From Camelus ferus (Eukaryota): DNA of 64,000 nt. The stretch covers positions 67,208,001 through 67,272,000 of the forward strand of contig NC_045705.1 of assembly GCF_009834535.1 (NCBI RefSeq), given 5' to 3'. A program made the translations under genes and the position numbers. Below, piece by piece: positions 58,027 to 64,000 of the stretch (positions within the stretch are counted from its first letter, which is position 1; each line of letters starts with the position of its first letter). The notes under the pieces were generated by a model. It did no database searches. It saw nothing but the letters and a program-made list of their open reading frames with translations, and had not been told where the DNA came from.

Positions 58027-58679
58027 TCAGCCTCCACCCATCCCAAGACCATCCCAAGAAGCCCCAACCCTCCCAAGCTGCCTGAAGAGAGGTGGGGAGG
58101 ATGCAATAGGGGGCATCGGCATTATAACCACCTGGCTGTCAGTTTCCCCAGTTACAGAAAAGGATCCCTGCACAGATCTGGCTGCCTCTCCCCAAGGGGT
58201 ATCTGAAGGTGGAAATGCATTGACCTCAGGCCTACACTGCTGAGTCCTCAGGGGCTTTGCAGGACCCAACCTGGGGCCCCTCCCAGGTACTGGTATGTGT
58301 ATGGAGGAGGTGTGAGGTGCTGAAGCCAGAGCAAGCTTAGCTCCTCTGTGGGTCCTAGTCAACTCCCAACAGTCTCCTTCCTGCGCAGAATTTGGAGGCC
58401 AGGTAATGGGGAGGACAGACAGAAATGGTCTCCGCTGTGGGACCGCGCTCAGCCCCAGTTCTGGGTCCCACGGAATGTGCAGTGCCTGCAGGAATACGCA
58501 GTGAGCCCCAGACCAGCCTAGGAGACCTGGCAGGGACTTAGTGGGGGTCAGGACGTCGCTCCCAGCCACAGAGCATCCCCGAGAGTCCTCAGAGCGGGGT
58601 CCAAGGTGAACCAGGAGCGCAACTTCCAGGGATTCTGGCCCAGGAGGGGAGAGGCTATGCGGCCAAGGGGAGCTGGGAC

Positions 58680-59110
58680 TGAGGGTGGAGCGCAGCGGAG
58701 AAGGGCTCCTCGGACTCGCGACCCCCATCCTAGCTCCCCACGGCTCTGCCCCCGAAATCCCGCCCAACCTCCTACCCACGCCCCCAGCCCCGGACCGCTG
58801 CGCTTACCGGGGTCGCCGGGAGCTGCAGCACCAGCCTCGGGTGGCTCAGGATCCCAGTCTCTGGGAAGCAGGAAGCGGGAATCAGGAAGTGACAGAGGAG
58901 CGAGGGGGGGCGGGGGCGAGAGCGGGGAGGGGCTCACGGGGGCGGGGCCGAAATCACGCGCGGAGGGGCGGGGCGGGAGGCTGTGAGCTGGAACCAGGAG
59001 GCTGGGGGCGCCGGCAGTGCGGGGAGTGCCGGGGCGCGGAGGTGGCGGGAGCGCCAGGGGAGCGGGGCGGGGCCTCGGCGAGCCCCGCCCCGCCGGCCTC
59101 CGGGACACTC
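58680..59110 (-). promoter_or_regulatory. CORO1B CpG-island promoter and non-coding exon 1 (donor CCG|gtaagc at 58808/58807)
   Basis: CpG-rich, GC boxes, repeated GGAAG/CTTCC ETS cores, strong donor. Confidence 0.75.
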
Positions 59111-59111
59111 T

Positions 59112-59160
59112 GGGGCAAAGGGGCAAAGGGGCAGGGGCAGGGGCAGGGGCAGGGGCAGGG
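59112..59160. repeat. (GGGGCAAA)2(GGGGCA)5 G-rich repeat
   Basis: Read directly from the sequence. Confidence 0.9.
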
Positions 59161-60124
59161 ATGGGGCCGGAGTGGTGCAGCCTGGCGGCAGACTTGGGCC
59201 CCTTCCCCATCCTGCTCCTTTTGTCGGAGTCCTCAGGAGTCGCCAGAGTTGGGTGGAGACCGGCCCCCCCAAACCCCCACCTCAATGCATACTTCCGGGT
59301 CCCTTAGTCCACCTTGACTCCAAAATGTACTATCTACTAGGATAGTCGGTATATTCGCATGCCTTTTCTTAAGGTACGAAGATACATGCTCTTGGTACAA
59401 TGTAAATAAAAACATCGGTATTTTAAGGGGTGAGTGGAAGACCCCAGCCATCTCATTCTTCGCGATGAGCATCCTTGGGTCCTGCCTGGCCTCCTTATTA
59501 GAAATAGTAATAGAGCCATGACCCCCAGATCCCTCACACCGTCCTTCCTTTCCTCAGCCATCTTCCACGGAGGCCTGGAGGTTTGTTCATAGATGGTTCC
59601 CTCCTGTTAGCCAGCTCCTGAGATAGGAGCCCAGCTGGCCTCCCAGATCGACAACCTCCCCATCCCACCCTGGGAGACTTAGGTGTCCCTATAGGTCACA
59701 CAGGCAGGATCTGCCCCTTCCATCTGGTATTCGATCCCCATCTGCTGGACTCCAAAGTCCTTGCTTTTTCCATAAACCCTAAGACAGGCCAATCTTTTCA
59801 GCCCAGGGCAGGAATGTGGGTGGCTTGGAAGAGGGAATGCAGCCACAAAGCTTCCCTCTCCATTGTGTCCCCAAGGCAACTGCCAGTCTAAAGCCCACAC
59901 CAGATCCCCTACTCTGGGCCCTCCCTTTGCTCTTCATCACCACATCCACGGTTGTTGCCCACCCGCCCCCTCCACCTCTTACCTTCCTCCATCCTCTCCC
60001 TGCATGTGGCACAGTGACACTGACCAGCCTATCCCTGAAACACACCACCTTCCTTCCCACCCCAGGGCCTTGGCACATCCTTTTCCCTCCATCTAGAAAC
60101 TCTTCCCCCAGATCTTGAAAAGTC

Positions 60125-60428
60125 TCCATCCCTCACTTCCTCCAGGCCTCTGCTCAAATGTCCCCTCTTCTGAGGGCCCTGCCTGACCACCCGCCTCACC
60201 AATCACTCTCCGGCCCTTACTCATCCCCCCTGTATTGTTCTTAATCACTACTTGATATTATATTGTATAATTATTTGTATATTTGCTTTTTGTCTGCCTT
60301 GCTCCACTAGGATGTCAGCAAATTGAGGGCCGCACTTTGCCTTTTTCCCCCCTGTATCCCCAGTTCCTAGAGTAAGACCAAGCCCACAGGATGTGTTCGA
60401 TGAGTGTACATTGAATGAATGAATGAAC
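60125..60428 (+). mobile_element. LINE-2 3' end
   Basis: ggcctctgctcaaatgtcccctcttctgag...ctccactaggatgtcagc...ttgaatgaatgaatgaa tail. Confidence 0.75.
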
Positions 60429-61129
60429 AGCAGCCCTGAATGTGGAATTGAAAAATGTTCATATTCACAATTCTCATAGTCAATGTCTGGTCCCTACAAA
60501 GGAGAGAGAAGTGTGTCTCCCACCTATAGAAGAATGAATATTCCAGAAGCAAGGGAGCCCAGGCGCCTGGAGTGTGTTAGGGGTGAGGTAGAGGAGCTGG
60601 GGAATTTGGGGGTAAGTCCTCCCTTCATCCTCTCTGGCCTTGGGTGTGCATGTTTCATCCAACACAAAACTCTCCTTTGTGGGCCAGCTGGAGAACTCCT
60701 TTTTATCTCACAAAACCCTTCATGGCCCTACTCTTTCTCCTAAATAACAAGTATCCATTATGAGCAGCGTTCCCTGCTGGGGCCTTGGAGGTAGGGCTGG
60801 ACCACTCTCCAAAGGTGGGGTCTGGAGTATGGACCAGAGCTGAAGGCGGGTGTCTGGCACTGAGGTTTTAGTCCCTGATCTGCCTGCCCCATGAAAGGGC
60901 TTTGAGACCCCCACCTGGGAGAAGGAAGAGGGGCACTCTGCAAAGGGGTCGTAAGTCCAGACCCTGCCCTCAGGAAGTGTGTACTCTAATGGAAAGTGGA
61001 GAACAGGCTGTGTGGTGGTGGGGACCATGCCTGGTGGACAGAGTGCTGCCACATGGGCTCTGGTGGGTCAGTGCTGGTCCCAGGCCTGAGTGAGGCCTGG
61101 GGGTGTCCACTGGCACAATTGAATTAATG

Positions 61130-61330
61130 GCTAACAATTATGAAGCACTTACTCTGTGCCAGGCAAGAATCCAAGCACTTCATAGGAATTAATACTCCTA
61201 GAAAATGGAATTATTATTATGGTCCCCATTTTACAGATCAGGAAACTGAGTCCCATAGAAGCCAAGAGCCTGGCTGAACGTCACACAGCTGGTGAGTGGT
61301 GGAGAGCCAGGATTCAAACCACCTCTGAGC
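61130..61330 (-). mobile_element. MIR SINE relic
   Basis: gcacttactctgtgccaggc...ccccattttacagatcaggaaactgag...gtcacacagctggtgagtgg...ccaggattcaaacc. Confidence 0.75.
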
Positions 61331-63227
61331 TACACTAGGAGCTGTGCCCTAACCCCACCCATGTGTCTCCAAAATGGAAGGCTGGCTGGAAAGGTACCTA
61401 ACAAGTGCTCAATAAATATCTGCTGAATTAGTGAATTCAACAAATTTGTGCCTGTCCAGAAATCTCTATTCCACCAGCCTCAGTGCCGACAATTCTAGGA
61501 AATGCTATAACTCGGCTAGTATTCTCACCACCATCACCACCACCACCCAGTGCGCTTCCATCCCTGGGTTTGGTTAATGATCACAACAGCCAAACTTGCA
61601 AGGGGAACATTATCACCTCATTTTACAGAGAAGAAAACTGAGAGGCCTCGGAACCAGAGGACAGATCTGACTGCGCCATTTCAGGCTGCCTGTACAGGCT
61701 GCTGCCTTTAAAAAATGCAAGTACCCCTGGGAAGGGTAGCATGTAAAATGTTATTGTCACTTACAGTTACTGGTAAGGGCATTTCTCAGCTTCTAAAGGT
61801 CACAGTCCTGAGCTAAAGGGAAGGGTTTTGGGGGGGGGCATTGAAGAGGAAGAGGTTCATGATTTTGAAGCCCTGGGGGTTGAAAGAAAGCTGGGTGGAG
61901 AGAGTGCCAGAAGAGAGTGGTGGGTGTGAAAAGGAAGTGGGGTAGGGCTTGAAAATAGACCTTCAGTACTTCCTACTTTTTCTAGCAGTGTCTGCAGCTT
62001 GAGAGGGAAGAGGTTGGCTATGTTCCAGAGACACTGCGTGACCTCCAAGGGGCCTGGGCTATCTCTGGAGCCACTGGTCCCCAGAGTTCTCTGCTTCGAC
62101 ATCCGCCCATCTCTGCATCTGGGCTGAGTGTATAGAAGGGGCTTGGTGGTGACAGAATCAGGGCACTCTGGACCTCCAGCCTCCACCACAGTGAGGGGAC
62201 AGGTGAACACTAGTTGAATCCTTAAATGTAGCAGACCTGGAAGTCCCCTGAGCTGCCCAAGGCACAGAGGTGGCCCCATACTCCCTCAGGCCACCAGGGT
62301 GTCTGCAGCCCAGAGCTGGTCACGGGCACAGCTAATCTCCCCTGAAGCACACAGGATCCCAAGTGCCTCCTCCCATCAATCCCGAGCCCCAGCAGGGACA
62401 TCCCTGGCTGTCAGTGAAGGAAGAGCCTCTGTTCACTGAGCCCCTATTGTGAGCCAGTTGCTGGCAGGCACCTCACACACTTTCTCATTTAATCCTCACA
62501 ATGGCAGATGAAACAGGAGCTCAGAGGGCGAATCTGTTTGTCCAGAGTCACCCAGAGCCTGACTGGAATCCAGGCTTGCTAGCTCTCACCTCTACTCCCA
62601 TCACCTTGCTGAGTGAGGGAAGTCCTGTCCCAGCATCACTGCCTCTTGAAGGCAGGGGGCTGGTGGAGAGGGCTTGGCCATGTCAGGCCAGCCTGTGGAC
62701 TCCTAAGACCCCGGACTCCTGATAGCTCCTGAGTGCCTCCCTTCTCTACAGGGACTCCCTCCTTCGGCTCCTGGTGCCCAGGTTAGAGGATGGAACAGGA
62801 AGGAGGGGAGGCAGGGAAGGATAAGGGGAGGTCAGATCAAGCTGGGGGAGTCAGCCTGCTTGTCTTTCTACTCCAGGACCAAAGCTAAGGGGGAAACTGT
62901 CAGTGGGGTTTGGGGGACATTGGAGGGCAGAGCCCAGCAAGGCACCATCGGCTGTGATAGCTCAGGGGGCGCTCGGGCCCCTGTGTGTGGGCCAAGCATG
63001 GAGGAGCTTGCTGGGACCTGGGCGGGGCTGCGAGGGTGGCAACAAACTGTCCGGGACTTTTGGCTGCTTCATGATCACTTCCCCCGAGTCCACCTGCCAG
63101 GCCCAAGGGCCTTGGTGGGGTGCTCCACGAGGACCTCCTTCACAGCAGCCCTCCTCTCTGACTGGCTGGTTCCTCTGTCTCCCTTGGTTCTTCTGCTGCC
63201 CTGACGGGCCTGGGCTTTCCTGGACCC

Positions 63228-64000
63228 TCACGTAGGGCCTGTACCCGGGGCCTCCTCTTGGGGGACGCTGCTGGGGCTTTCTCCCGCTGAGGCGGCAGGT
63301 GTGGCTGGGTTCACAGGGACCTCTGGGGTGGAATCCGTGGATGGGGCAGAGGAGGCTTCATCGCAGGGGCTGGGGACTGGGCTGGCAGTGGGCCCAGGGG
63401 TCTGGGCCTCGGGGCTTGCCTGTGGCTGGGCCACAGGATCCAGCTGGGGCTGGGCCTCATGGTTCTCCTGTGGCTGGGCCCCGGGGTTCAGCTGAGGCTG
63501 GACCACAGACTCTGACTGTGGCTGAGTCATAGGGTTTGCCTGTGGCTGAGCCATGGAATCCAACCGTGGCTGGGCCACGGGGTTCTCCTGTGGCGGGGGC
63601 GTGGGGTTCACCTGTGGCTGAGCCTCAGCCGTGAGCCCTGGCAGAGTCTGATCACCAGAGTCCACGTGGGTCTGTGGCTCAGCTGGCGTGAAGCTGCCTG
63701 GCCGCTCCTCACAGACAGCTGCCGCGAAGGAGGAGAGCAGCTCGCGCAGCAGGGCCCGAAGGTCGGCGCTGGCCAGGAGGCAGAGGAAGGGGCTCAGGCA
63801 GCTGTTGAGCAGGATCAGGTAGTCAGAGTAGACCAGAGCCTCCCAGAGCAGGTAGCCGGGGTAGATGTCCCACAGGAAGGCCAGGTACAGCAGCTGTGCC
63901 AGCTGGTAGGGCAGCCGCAGGACCACATAGGCTGACAAAATGGTCTTGGCCACACGGGCAAAGCCTCGGCAGGCCATGGACCTAGGCTGGTGGCGGTGGC
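63228..64000 (-). CDS. GPR152: G protein-coupled receptor 152, 3' part (TM6-TM7 and C-tail); 5' part beyond the window
   Basis: Open frame CRGFARVAKTILSAYVVLRLPYQLAQLLYLAFLWD...LILLNSCLSPFLCL...APGTGPT* matches recalled GPR152; synteny next to CORO1B. Confidence 0.93.
   Translation of the reverse strand, partial: HRHQPRSMACRGFARVAKTILSAYVVLRLPYQLAQLLYLAFLWDIYPGYLLWEALVYSDYLILLNSCLSPFLCLLASADLRALLRELLSSFAAAVCEERPGSFTPAEPQTHVDSGDQTLPGLTAEAQPQVNPTPPPQENPVAQPRLDSMAQPQANPMTQPQSESVVQPQLNPGAQPQENHEAQPQLDPVAQPQASPEAQTPGPTASPVPSPCDEASSAPSTDSTPEVPVNPATPAASAGESPSSVPQEEAPGTGPT
63402..63623 (-). repeat. Coding 24-bp (8-aa) tandem repeat, about 9 units of AQPQxxPx, in the GPR152 C-tail
   Basis: AQPQVNPT PPPQENPV AQPRLDSM AQPQANPM TQPQSESV VQPQLNPG AQPQENHE AQPQLDPV AQPQASPE. 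Confidence 0.85.

Overview
GC-rich eutherian genomic DNA from a draft assembly with three N-gaps, syntenic with human 11q13.2. MIR, L2 and MER20 relics are present and I saw no Alu or B1/B2, so it is probably neither primate nor rodent (inference). Gene order is CLCF1 (5' end only, minus), RAD9A (+), PPP1CA (-), TBC1D10C (+), CARNS1 (+), RPS6KB2 (+), PTPRCAP (-), CORO1B (-), GPR152 (3' part, minus). Exon-intron structures were traced by hand; comparisons with human proteins rely on recalled sequences, not a search. I found no evidence of a wholly new gene system. The most notable observations are: (1) CORO1B starts MFRKVVR, lacking the regulatory Ser2; (2) single-base frameshifts in RPS6KB2 exon 10 and CORO1B exon 10, most likely assembly errors but unproven; (3) a ~200-bp poly(A)-tailed retroposon whose target-site duplication spans the RPS6KB2 exon 10 splice donor and which brings a sense AATAAA; (4) a candidate alternative coding first exon of CLCF1 with a strong Kozak context; (5) Ala at the ATM site Ser272 of RAD9A; (6) three TCACGTGA palindromes in the RAD9A promoter; (7) a solo LTR upstream of CARNS1; (8) an N-gap that coincides with CORO1B exon 6.
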